From NCBI GenBank assembly GCA_937893445.1, contig CALBFM010000057.1, positions 1 to 41,935 of the forward strand: a DNA stretch of 41,935 bases. The letters run 5' to 3'. Positions within the stretch are counted from its first letter, which is position 1; every line of letters begins with the position of its first letter. Position numbers and translations under genes: made by a program. Source of the stretch: an uncultured euryarchaeote. Its GTDB lineage: Archaea > Thermoplasmatota > Poseidoniia > MGIII > CG-Epi1. This document shows positions 27,140 through 35,506 of this stretch, one piece after another. The notes beneath the pieces were generated by a model. It made no database searches. It was not told the DNA's origin and worked only from the letters and a program-made list of their open reading frames with translations.

Positions 27140-27307
27140 TCAGGCGATGGTAATGGCGACTTTCTTGATGCAGATGTTCTTGCCTTCTTGGACGAAGGTA
27201 ACGTAGCTCTCACCCGCTTGAAGTCCCAGTTCCTCCTCCACCCAACGTGGAAGATAGATGCGCCTGTTCATGTCGAATTTCTTGACATCGGTGATATTCT
27301 TGGCCAT
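27140..27307 (-). CDS. AbrB/SpoVT (MazE-like swapped-hairpin) domain protein, 55 aa; not in the ORF track
   Basis: My own translation is MAKNITDVKKFDMNRRIYLPRWVEEELGLQAGESYVTFVQEGKNICIKKVAITIA. The RRIYLP...LGL..G motif is typical of the family. AGGGGGGT lies 1 nt upstream of the ATG. Confidence 0.65.
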   Translation of the reverse strand: MAKNITDVKKFDMNRRIYLPRWVEEELGLQAGESYVTFVQEGKNICIKKVAITIA

Positions 27308-27360
27308 ACCCCCCTTTCGTTGGCAGCGCTAAAAGGGTTTTGGGGTTTTAGGGGTGGTCT

Positions 27361-28032
27361 TCAAGGCTTGCGCCAGTACTGTAGCACTTCGCGCCCGCGG
27401 CGTGGATCTATCGAGTCGACAGGCGTCTCTTCCCGGTCCAGGTGCCAGTGTAGACTGAAGAGCTGGTGCAGCTCGCTGATGGTGACTCCCCACGGCGGTC
27501 CTCCTTCGGCGAGCGGCTTGTCGAGCGGGAAAAAGAGCCCTAGCAGCATCCCCCCCGGCCGCAGCAGCTGCCACGCAACGCGGTCATATTCGAAGCGGCG
27601 CGACGGCGAGACGGCACAGAAGCAGACGTACTCCAGCAGGTAGTCGAACTGCCCGTGTAATTCATCGGGAAGATTGAAAAGGTCCTCCTTGAGGACAGAA
27701 ACCTCGACTCCCGCCTCGAGCGCGTTGCGGCGTGCCGCAAGCACCGCCGTCTCGGCGAAGTCGATGGCAGTGACAGTGAAGCCGGCCTGTGCGAAGGTGA
27801 CCGCGTCCCAGCCCCTGCCACAGCCGATAATGCAGATACGGCCCGGCTCCAGCTCCTGCACTACTCGCTCGAACAGCGGCGTGGGCCCACCCAGGTCCCA
27901 TTGGTCCTCTCCAGTATGGTAGCACGCTTCCCAGAAGTCGGGCGTGTTGACGGGGTCGTCCACGCCGGGGCAGGGGTAAGTTTCAAAAAGCTTCCCGCAA
28001 CGCTTTATCGTCCCTCTTAGTGGCGGCGGCAT
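27361..28032 (-). CDS. SAM-dependent methyltransferase, TPMT-like (thiol/halide methyltransferase family)
   Basis: FWEACYHTGEDQWDLGGPTP resembles the TPMT N-terminal motif. IIGCGRGWDA is SAM motif I. The start is ambiguous (28068, 28032 or a downstream GTG). Confidence 0.75.
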   Translation of the reverse strand: MPPPLRGTIKRCGKLFETYPCPGVDDPVNTPDFWEACYHTGEDQWDLGGPTPLFERVVQELEPGRICIIGCGRGWDAVTFAQAGFTVTAIDFAETAVLAARRNALEAGVEVSVLKEDLFNLPDELHGQFDYLLEYVCFCAVSPSRRFEYDRVAWQLLRPGGMLLGLFFPLDKPLAEGGPPWGVTISELHQLFSLHWHLDREETPVDSIDPRRGREVLQYWRKP

Positions 28033-28510
28033 GACCTCTCTCACGATGCGCACCAGTGCCGGCGACATCGGCCTACGACTCTACGTGAAGCGTGCTCCCG
28101 AGACCACGGCCAATTTCCTGAAGCTAGTCGACAAAGGATTCTACAACGGCCTCCATTTCCACCGTGTCATCCGTGATTTCATGCTGCAGGCCGGTTGCCC
28201 CCACTCGAAAGACCCGCGCAGCTCACGTGCCGGGACTGGCGGTCCTGGCTGGCAAATTAAGGACGAATTCCACCCGCAGCTGAAGCACGCCCGCCCCGGA
28301 CTGCTGAGCATGGCCAATGCGGGGCCGAACACCGGCGGGAGTCAGTTCTTCTTGACAACGGTTGCGACTCCCTGGCTTGATGGAAAGCACGCCATCTTTG
28401 GTGAGGTAACCTCAGGGATGAAAATTGTGCGCAAAATAGAGGCTTGCAAAACCGGCGGGGGAGATCGCCCGGCGCAGCCACAGCAGATTATCTCGGTGAA
28501 GAGAGACTAA
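28031..28510 (+). CDS. Cyclophilin-type peptidyl-prolyl cis-trans isomerase
   Basis: FHRVIRDFMLQAG, LSMANAGPNTGGSQFF and LDGKHAIFGEV. A TATA-like CTTTATC (28003-09) lies 22 nt upstream of the ATG. Confidence 0.9.
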   Translation: MTSLTMRTSAGDIGLRLYVKRAPETTANFLKLVDKGFYNGLHFHRVIRDFMLQAGCPHSKDPRSSRAGTGGPGWQIKDEFHPQLKHARPGLLSMANAGPNTGGSQFFLTTVATPWLDGKHAIFGEVTSGMKIVRKIEACKTGGGDRPAQPQQIISVKRD

Positions 28511-30264
28511 CCATAGTCCTGGCCGGTATAAGGCACATCAAGGTCCAGCTGGACGATGTATAGCCCACTGGTGATGCAACTCAGGTAGATGTAGCCCTTA
28601 TGGTATTCGGCAGTCCAGAGGAATGGCACCCAGCCGAAGTCGTAGAAGGCTGAATCTAGTGGCTGACCGTCGGCGCCATGCGGCAGGTAGTAGCCGACAG
28701 TTGCGGCAAAATGCAGGTCAGTCATATTCTCTACAGGTGGAGCCATTAGCGTCTCCAGGTCGAGGACCCAGAGGCCGGTGTGGTAGTTTCCCATGTAGAG
28801 TCGCCCATCCCAGCTGCCGCCCATGGATGTGTCGGTCTCTGGCACGGTTGGGAACCAGGCGCTGTCGAGGTTGTGTGGGCTGAAGATGAGCCACTCCTCA
28901 CCACCAGGGATGTAGTGGTCTACCCCGAAAGGATTCTCCCAGTAGCTGAGCAGCTGTGGCTTGAAACGTAGGTTGCCGTTAACCATTTCGTACTCTGTGG
29001 TGTCGAGGATGTACATTAGTCCAGTGCCAACAGATGTCTCTAGGACTTCTGTCGCGCAGAATGTGACGTGGCGCATTTCGCTGCCAAGGCCCAGATGGCT
29101 GGCATCGACCAGTACCGGAAACGGCTCGACGTAGTGGATGTATGAGGCGCGGCCGCCGTTGACGTTACCGGTCGTACTTGAGTCTGGCTCCCCGTCCTGA
29201 TCCAGGTCAGCAAAGTCCATCCATTGCCCTACCTCGGGCGCGCGCCAGTTGCAGCCGCCCGGAGCCCCCATGCTTCCTTTGCAAGCAGCCACTGACGAGA
29301 CATATAATGCGGGCGAATTAATTGGGTGCGGGACGTCGGTAACATCACCAATCCGCAGGCCCGCCTCCCAGTAGGCTCCATAGATGTAGGTGTGGCCATG
29401 GCGCGGGTCATTAGTGTCCTCACCCGGCCATTTCTGGACGGTCATGTCGTGAATATATATCCAGCCACCACGCGTCGAAGCCCAATTGACCTCGTACTCG
29501 CCCACTTTGTTGATAGTAGTAGTGGGGCCATTGGGAATCAAGTGCACCGCTGAACCAGGTAGGTTCAGGTGTGCGATAGTGACACCACCGCACGCCTCGC
29601 CAGTCTCGATATCGCAGGCTGTGTAATCTGGATTAGCAACAAATATGTACCATTCGTTGTCAATCATGTAAGTGAACAGGTTGTGCGGTCCCGAGGGATG
29701 GTCTGCGTCGTACCAGGAATCAACCCACACCGGGTCGGTCTTATCCGTTACATCGACCAGCGTTACTGATACTTGGTAAGGGTCACCCCACTCACCGACG
29801 TTCGGGTCTGCGTTGCCTGAGTCAATAATCTGGTTCTGTAGGATTACGTACTCTTTCCCGTCATACTCGATGTACTTGACGTCCAGCACTTGGGTGTTAG
29901 GATCGTAGTATCTGCCTACCTGAGTCGTATTGTCCGGGTTAGTGACATCGACAATACGCATCTCGTTCCAGCCTGCTTGATAAACATAGGTACGCTCATC
30001 AGGCGCTTCGGCAACCTGAATTTCAGCGTTTCCCAAATTAGCGTTGAAGCTGACATATTCTATATTCTGGGTGTAGAACTGATGTTCCGATGCATTGCGG
30101 TGGTCATGTCCCTCATCTTGCAGTAGCGGGTCATCGAACAGACGACCAGTTTCGGAACCACTAGGGCCGTCGCTATCATTACCCTCCAACAGATAGGCTG
30201 CGGTCGCCGCCACGGCGACCACCACTAGCAAGATTGCAGAGACTCTCAGGGCCGCTTGTTCCAT
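28507..30264 (-). CDS. Exported beta-propeller protein with LVIVD-type repeats
   Basis: N-terminal signal anchor. Recurrent G-(L/M)-x-I-x-D-(V/L) units: MRIVDVTNPDN, GLRIGDVTDVPHP, GLWVLDLETL and GLYIVQLDL. Confidence 0.65.
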   Translation of the reverse strand: MEQAALRVSAILLVVVAVAATAAYLLEGNDSDGPSGSETGRLFDDPLLQDEGHDHRNASEHQFYTQNIEYVSFNANLGNAEIQVAEAPDERTYVYQAGWNEMRIVDVTNPDNTTQVGRYYDPNTQVLDVKYIEYDGKEYVILQNQIIDSGNADPNVGEWGDPYQVSVTLVDVTDKTDPVWVDSWYDADHPSGPHNLFTYMIDNEWYIFVANPDYTACDIETGEACGGVTIAHLNLPGSAVHLIPNGPTTTINKVGEYEVNWASTRGGWIYIHDMTVQKWPGEDTNDPRHGHTYIYGAYWEAGLRIGDVTDVPHPINSPALYVSSVAACKGSMGAPGGCNWRAPEVGQWMDFADLDQDGEPDSSTTGNVNGGRASYIHYVEPFPVLVDASHLGLGSEMRHVTFCATEVLETSVGTGLMYILDTTEYEMVNGNLRFKPQLLSYWENPFGVDHYIPGGEEWLIFSPHNLDSAWFPTVPETDTSMGGSWDGRLYMGNYHTGLWVLDLETLMAPPVENMTDLHFAATVGYYLPHGADGQPLDSAFYDFGWVPFLWTAEYHKGYIYLSCITSGLYIVQLDLDVPYTGQDYG

Positions 30265-30290
30265 CGATGGCGCGCGGACTTCTATAGGCT

Positions 30291-30298
30291 ATTTATAC
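30291..30298 (+). promoter_or_regulatory. TATA-like ATTTATAC, 21 nt upstream of the SCO1 start
   Basis: The identical 8-mer recurs at 31438-31445, 21 nt upstream of the next gene. The adjacent TCTATAG (30281-87) faces the divergent propeller gene. Confidence 0.45.
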
Positions 30299-30318
30299 CT
30301 CGGGCTGGTCCGCCATCT

Positions 30319-31419
30319 ATGAGTTTCAGGACCGGCTTTCCAGCCGTGTTAGTGGCGCTGGCACTAACGCTGGCTGGCTGTCTGGAAAGTGACGAGGCTG
30401 ATGAGCCTTTCTGGGGTGTTGAACTGCCCGGAGAGGCGGCGGCTGACTTCACGCTGGTTGACCAACATGGCGACAATTTCAGCTTGGTTGATACCGCAGG
30501 TAAAGTGGTGGTGATGACCTTTGTTTACACTAACTGTCCCGATGTCTGCCCTGCTATTACCTACCAGCTCACGAAGTTGCAGGAAGCACTCGGCGACGAC
30601 TATGGCAGGCAGGTGGAAATTCTCTCTATCACAGTAGACCCGGAGCGTGATACTGTCGAGCATCTCGCTCACTGGACTATGATGCGAAACGCCAGTTGGC
30701 CTCACCTTACTTCGAGTGACGCCATGCCGGAGATGGCAATGAACAGTTCTGTATGGGGACCGTACGGTATCTATGTTGAGAAGATGCTCGAGGAGCAGGA
30801 AATAGAGGTCGCGTCGGCGAACCATTCACTAGTAATCATGCTGCCCGACAATTCGACCACTGCCGTAGAGATTCCGTCGAGCGCGTTTGACTCCTCTGCC
30901 ACAACATGGAATCTGACCCAGAAGGGGCTAGAGGAGCTACAGCTGGATTACAACTATACGGGAGCAGGTTCCATTACCAACATCTCCGGCCACGAAACGA
31001 ATGCCAACTGGTCCTGGACGCTACAGCTCTGGAATGCCAGCAATGGTAGTTGGGAACCCGCCAGCGCGAATGCTACAGAGATTCCACTCACCGACTCCGT
31101 GCACGCTGCTTGGATGCCCGGAAATGCCAATACCTCGCAGCTGCCTCTACCCAGCGCGTTCACCTGCAACGGTCATGGTTGGCTGATGGGCGAAGGCTCC
31201 GGAATGCACTGCATGTGCGATGAGGGATACGGCTGGCCTGAAGATGACTGGCTATCGTGTGTGCTGACAGAGGGAGCAACTGGTTACGGCGACTACGGAG
31301 TCAGCCATTCTTCTCTCCTCTACATCATAGATCAACAGGGACGACTGCGCGTGGCGTGGCCGGGCCTCGAATGGACCTACCGGGACATCCACCACGATGT
31401 TGTACTGATACTGGATTAA
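30319..31419 (+). CDS. SCO1/SenC-family thioredoxin-like copper chaperone lipoprotein with a large inserted domain
   Basis: Lipobox LTLAGC, CPDVCP motif, ITVDPERDT, and canonical C-terminus DYGVSHSSLLYIIDQQGRLRVAW. A sequon-rich insert of about 165 aa separates GIYVEKM from DYGVSHSS. Confidence 0.8.
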   Translation: MSFRTGFPAVLVALALTLAGCLESDEADEPFWGVELPGEAAADFTLVDQHGDNFSLVDTAGKVVVMTFVYTNCPDVCPAITYQLTKLQEALGDDYGRQVEILSITVDPERDTVEHLAHWTMMRNASWPHLTSSDAMPEMAMNSSVWGPYGIYVEKMLEEQEIEVASANHSLVIMLPDNSTTAVEIPSSAFDSSATTWNLTQKGLEELQLDYNYTGAGSITNISGHETNANWSWTLQLWNASNGSWEPASANATEIPLTDSVHAAWMPGNANTSQLPLPSAFTCNGHGWLMGEGSGMHCMCDEGYGWPEDDWLSCVLTEGATGYGDYGVSHSSLLYIIDQQGRLRVAWPGLEWTYRDIHHDVVLILD

Positions 31420-31437
31420 TCGTCGCTCAGGGCGCTA

Positions 31438-31445
31438 ATTTATAC
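31438..31445 (+). promoter_or_regulatory. TATA-like ATTTATAC, 21 nt upstream of the GTG at 31466
   Basis: Same 8-mer and same spacing as at the SCO1 gene. Confidence 0.45.
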
Positions 31446-31465
31446 CGTCCCCTGCTGCCGCGACA

Positions 31466-32053
31466 GTGAGTCTATCGAAGATTGCTGCCGCGGCATTATT
31501 CGTTCTGGCGCTAGCGTTTAGCAGCGTGCCAGTCGCGGCACACGACGCAAGCACCTTCACAATCCTGATTCGTGATGATGGCATAACGCCGGCAAATGCC
31601 AGTATCAGGTTCAATGATACTGCTTGGTGGATTAATATCGGTGAAGACGACAATCTGACGCACCGAATTGTCTATGACGGCGATGGTGATGGGAACTATT
31701 CTGGACCGGGAGATTGGGATTCAGGGGAATTGAGTAACAGTTGCGAACGGGACGAGAACGGGACCAAACTGGATGATGAGTGCCAGACTTCGTTCGAGCT
31801 TGGATTCAACGGCACCTTCGGTCCCGGCACCTACCATTATCAGGACCTGCTCTCGAACGGGACGACAAACGATGCCACATTGGTGGTCACATCGGACACG
31901 CACTTGAGCCCCGGTTTCCAGCAGCCTCAAGAACAGCCCGACACTGAAGAAGAAGAAGAGCGCCCAGCCTGGTTACTGGCCGTCGCAGGCATCTCAGCTC
32001 TTGGTGCCGCTGTACTGGGCTATATGGTACTACAGGGCCAGCCCAAGAGCTGA
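31466..32053 (+). CDS. Exported, membrane-anchored cupredoxin-like protein lacking the type-1 Cys ligand
   Basis: Signal peptide; ITPANASIRFNDTAWWINIGEDDNLTHRIV resembles the cupredoxin pattern GDTVxWxNxDxxxHxV. GTYHYQD replaces the usual Y-x-Y-x-C. An acidic linker and a C-terminal TM follow. Confidence 0.5.
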   Translation: MSLSKIAAAALFVLALAFSSVPVAAHDASTFTILIRDDGITPANASIRFNDTAWWINIGEDDNLTHRIVYDGDGDGNYSGPGDWDSGELSNSCERDENGTKLDDECQTSFELGFNGTFGPGTYHYQDLLSNGTTNDATLVVTSDTHLSPGFQQPQEQPDTEEEEERPAWLLAVAGISALGAAVLGYMVLQGQPKS

Positions 32054-32568
32054 TGCAGCAGGAACAGGTTACCGCCATCGCCCTTGGCCTGCTGACCGTT
32101 GCCGTACTGAGTGGAGTCTACTGGCTCAATCTGCCTGATCCGGAACCAGAGGAGGATTACGGCGACCTGCTGAAATCAGCTATCTGTATCTACGCACTAC
32201 AGGGTATCGTGAGTGATTACCACTACCACCTCTGGCTGAACATAACTATCAACGGCGAGCGGGTCGAAATACCAGCAAATATCGGCTTCGAATACAACGA
32301 CGATGGCAGCGTTCTGTTCCTCCATCCAGTCCATACATACGATGATTCGGGACAGGTTCACGTCGAAACCATTGCTAATGCGACGGTAACGCTAGGAGAC
32401 TTCTTTGCCATCTGGGAGCAACCTTTCTCGAGTGAGCAGGTACTCGACTATACCGTAGATGACTCACACACACTGAGGATGACCGTTGACGGCACCGATT
32501 CACAGGAGTGGGAATCACAAGAACTGGAGCCATATCTGGCAATCGAAATTTTCTACGAAGCGGCTTAA
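32053..32568 (+). CDS. Membrane-anchored hypothetical protein with His clusters (YHYHLW, LHPVHTYDDSGQVHVE)
   Basis: N-terminal TM. The start overlaps the upstream stop by 1 nt (TGATG). The His-rich motifs suggest metal binding. Confidence 0.55.
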   Translation: MQQEQVTAIALGLLTVAVLSGVYWLNLPDPEPEEDYGDLLKSAICIYALQGIVSDYHYHLWLNITINGERVEIPANIGFEYNDDGSVLFLHPVHTYDDSGQVHVETIANATVTLGDFFAIWEQPFSSEQVLDYTVDDSHTLRMTVDGTDSQEWESQELEPYLAIEIFYEAA

Positions 32569-32590
32569 GGCCCCACCAGACTGGGGGCAC

Positions 32591-34003
32591 ATGGGGCGCG
32601 AGGCTGTAATCGAGCTGCTAGAACAGCGACATAAGCAGCACCTTGCCGAGCTAGTGGAGTGGACCTCAATCCCCTCTATCTCGGCGCAATCGCAGCACGT
32701 TCCGGACATCCAGCGCGCCTGCGACTGGGCTGCTAACTACTGCCGGGCAATGGGAATGGAGACCGAGGTGCATCCAACGGCGGGGCATCCTGCCATTATC
32801 GCACGCCACGATGCCGGTTCTGATGCAACGACGGTGCTGCTCTACGGCCATTATGACGTCCAGCCTCCCGAACCAATGGAACTGTGGGAATCGCCCCCTT
32901 TTGTTGACAATTGGGGTAGTGGCGAAGCCGTTGGCGGCAACGCAGAGCCAGTGCGTGACGGAATGCTTTTCGGGCGCGGTGCGAGCGACAACAAGGGCCA
33001 GATTTTTGCGCATCTGGCTGCACTACGTGCCTGGTTCGAGGTCGCTGGTGGCCCTCCAGTCAACCTGCGGCTGCTGATAGAGGGTGAGGAGGAGATAGGA
33101 TCACCAAATCTGGGCGAGTTCGTGGAGGCACATGCCGACGAACTGCGTGCTAAGTGGGCAGTGGTAAGCGACGGACCAATGCTGTCACTGGAAGTGCCAG
33201 CCATCTCCTACGGCTTGCGTGGGCTGGCATACTTCCAGCTTGATATCTCGGCCGCCAGCGTCGACCTCCACTCTGGCACACATGGCGGGGCAGTGCCAAA
33301 TCCTGCCACAGTACTAGCCGAATTCATTGCCACGCTGCACAATTCGGACGGCAGCGTGAATTTGCCTGAATTCTACGACACTGTGGTGCCGTTGGAGGCG
33401 GCGGAGCGTGAGGCGCTGGCCGGACTTAATTTCTCTGACGATAAATATTTAAATGATTTGGGCGCTCCCGGCCTCATTGGTGAAGAGGGGTACACAACCC
33501 TCGAGCGGCGATGGGCACGGCCGACATTGGAAGTCAATGGAATCTGGGGTGGATACACTGGTGAAGGAGCGAAAACTGTGCTGCCAGCCCATGCATCGGC
33601 CAAACTTTCCTGCAGGCTGGTACCAAGGCAGGATCCAAACGCAATCGAAGCTGCTCTGCGGCAGGTATGCTCCGAGCGGTTGCCTGACAGCGTGCGCTGG
33701 GAGCTGCAAGTGTTCGCTGGCGCGCCCGCCGTGCTAACACCGACTGACTCGCCCGGGGTGCAGGCTGCTATACGTGCACTCAAAGCGGGTTTCGGCGCCG
33801 AACCTGCCTTCACTCGCGAGGGGGGCACGATTCCTGTCGTGGCCGACTTCCAGACAGTGTTGGGAGCGGAGCCGCTGCTCATTGGCTTCGGCCTTGCCGA
33901 GGATATGCCGCACTCACCCAACGAACGATTCCGACTTGATTGCCTCTACGGCGGTATTCGCACTAGTGGTGCGCTTTGGGACGAGCTGGCGCAGCTTACC
34001 TGA
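32591..34003 (+). CDS. M20-family dipeptidase (ArgE/DapE/CNDP-like)
   Basis: LLYGHYDVQPPEP, GRGASDNKGQ and LIEGEEEIGSP. The start is taken at MGREAVIELL. The track ORF begins inside the upstream gene. Confidence 0.85.
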   Translation: MGREAVIELLEQRHKQHLAELVEWTSIPSISAQSQHVPDIQRACDWAANYCRAMGMETEVHPTAGHPAIIARHDAGSDATTVLLYGHYDVQPPEPMELWESPPFVDNWGSGEAVGGNAEPVRDGMLFGRGASDNKGQIFAHLAALRAWFEVAGGPPVNLRLLIEGEEEIGSPNLGEFVEAHADELRAKWAVVSDGPMLSLEVPAISYGLRGLAYFQLDISAASVDLHSGTHGGAVPNPATVLAEFIATLHNSDGSVNLPEFYDTVVPLEAAEREALAGLNFSDDKYLNDLGAPGLIGEEGYTTLERRWARPTLEVNGIWGGYTGEGAKTVLPAHASAKLSCRLVPRQDPNAIEAALRQVCSERLPDSVRWELQVFAGAPAVLTPTDSPGVQAAIRALKAGFGAEPAFTREGGTIPVVADFQTVLGAEPLLIGFGLAEDMPHSPNERFRLDCLYGGIRTSGALWDELAQLT

Positions 34004-34042
34004 CAGGCGCGCTGGCTTAAATCCGGTCCACCGTGGCGTAAC

Positions 34043-35506
34043 ATGACGTCCGTCATTTCCGGCCTCAATCCCAGCGCACTGTGGAATAACTTTGCAGAGC
34101 TGAGCTGTATTCCGCGCCCCTCTAAGCAGGAAGAGCAGGTTCTAGCCTGGCTGCAGGAGTTCGCTGTCTCACGCGAGCTCGATTGGCAACAGGATGATAC
34201 TGGAAACATCGTCATTCGGCGTCCCGGCAGTGGAGGTGGTGAATCCGCACCGACGGTGGTTATCCAGTCACATGTCGACATGGTCTGCGAGAAGAATTCT
34301 GATGTGGAGCACGACTTCACGAGTGATCCCATAAGCCTGCTGCGTGATGATGGATGGCTTACCGCTGACGGCACGACACTCGGTGCGGACAACGGCATCG
34401 GCGTCGCGACAGCTCTGGCGCTGCTGGAAATGAAAGAGGACGCTAAGTTGCCTCCGCTGGAGTGCCTCTTTACGGTTGATGAAGAAACAGGTCTGACTGG
34501 TGCGTTCGCGCTTGACGCCAATCTGCTGCAGGGACGCACGATGCTGAATCTCGACACCGAGGAGTGGGGTGCTATCTGCATCGGCTGTGCCGGTGGTGGT
34601 GACAGCCAGATTTCACTACCGGTCTCCTACGAAGGAGCTCCTGGCAATTTCCTCAGCTTCCAGCTGGCTGTTGAAGGACTGAAGGGAGGCCACTCGGGAG
34701 TCGATATCCATGAGTACCGCGCGAACGCGATTGTGCTGCTGGCGTCGGTACTGGCGCCACTGGCCGAAATGGGAACGCGGATAGTTTCCTTGCAGGGCGG
34801 TGACAAGACCAATGCCATCCCACGCGAGGCGTTCGCGACGCTGCTTCTGCCGCCAGAGGCGATGGCGGATGCCCAGATTGCCGTGGCCGAACGGACGGAA
34901 TCATTGAGGAGGGAGTATGGCTCTCTCGAGAAAGGCATGAATGTCTCCCTCGTGGGACTGGAAGACGCACCGGCAGAATGTCTGGCTATTGAAGCGCAAG
35001 ACAACCTGATGGGGCTCTTGCGGACACTGCCGCACGGGGCACTGAAGTATTCGCACACAATCCCTGGATTGGTTGAAACTTCCAACAACTTGGCTTCAGT
35101 CGCGCCGATTGACGGTAATTACCAGGTAGTCTGTTCCTCGCGCTCATCCATCATGGAAGCGCTGGAGGACATCAGGTTACGCATTGCGTCGATGGCAACA
35201 ATGTGTGGTGCCATTACAACAAGAACAGGCACCTACCCGGGCTGGCAGCCAAATCCAGATTCCCCTGTGCTGAAGCGACTGAAACGCATCTACGCAGCGC
35301 AGTTGGGCGAGGAACCGGAGGTGGGTGCTATCCACGCTGGACTCGAGTGCGGCGTTATCGGTGAGCGTGCCCCTGGGATGGACATGGTCTCGTTCGGGCC
35401 AACGATTACCGGCGCTCACTCGCCCGATGAGCGGGTCGAGATTTCAAGTGTCGAGAAGTTCTGGGACCTGCTGTTGGAACTGCTGGCAGAGCTGGCCGAG
35501 GCGTGA
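34043..35506 (+). CDS. pepD: Aminoacyl-histidine (Xaa-His) dipeptidase, M20C
   Basis: IPRPSKQEE, IQSHVDMVCEKN, DGTTLGADNGIGVA and FTVDEETGLTGA. A TATA-like CTTAAAT (34016-22) lies 21 nt upstream. Confidence 0.88.
   Translation: MTSVISGLNPSALWNNFAELSCIPRPSKQEEQVLAWLQEFAVSRELDWQQDDTGNIVIRRPGSGGGESAPTVVIQSHVDMVCEKNSDVEHDFTSDPISLLRDDGWLTADGTTLGADNGIGVATALALLEMKEDAKLPPLECLFTVDEETGLTGAFALDANLLQGRTMLNLDTEEWGAICIGCAGGGDSQISLPVSYEGAPGNFLSFQLAVEGLKGGHSGVDIHEYRANAIVLLASVLAPLAEMGTRIVSLQGGDKTNAIPREAFATLLLPPEAMADAQIAVAERTESLRREYGSLEKGMNVSLVGLEDAPAECLAIEAQDNLMGLLRTLPHGALKYSHTIPGLVETSNNLASVAPIDGNYQVVCSSRSSIMEALEDIRLRIASMATMCGAITTRTGTYPGWQPNPDSPVLKRLKRIYAAQLGEEPEVGAIHAGLECGVIGERAPGMDMVSFGPTITGAHSPDERVEISSVEKFWDLLLELLAELAEA

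Noticed and set aside
27140-27307. The AbrB-type ORF as the antitoxin of a toxin-antitoxin pair.
   Set aside because: No PIN, MazF or other toxin ORF lies adjacent on either side. The neighbours are a methyltransferase and the end of an ABC permease.
27119-27643. 174-aa plus-strand ORF spanning the AbrB and methyltransferase region.
   Set aside because: It is Ser/Arg/Gly-rich with no motifs. The minus strand encodes a recognisable AbrB-type ORF and a TPMT-like methyltransferase.
28507-28510. Convergent cyclophilin and propeller genes whose stop codons overlap on opposite strands (CTAA).
   Set aside because: This is a trivial consequence of compact gene packing, and no functional implication is evident.
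33373-34581. Two long minus-strand ORFs (182 aa and 211 aa).
   Set aside because: They lie antisense to the M20 dipeptidase and pepD genes and have Ser/Ala/Pro/Arg-rich shadow-frame composition.
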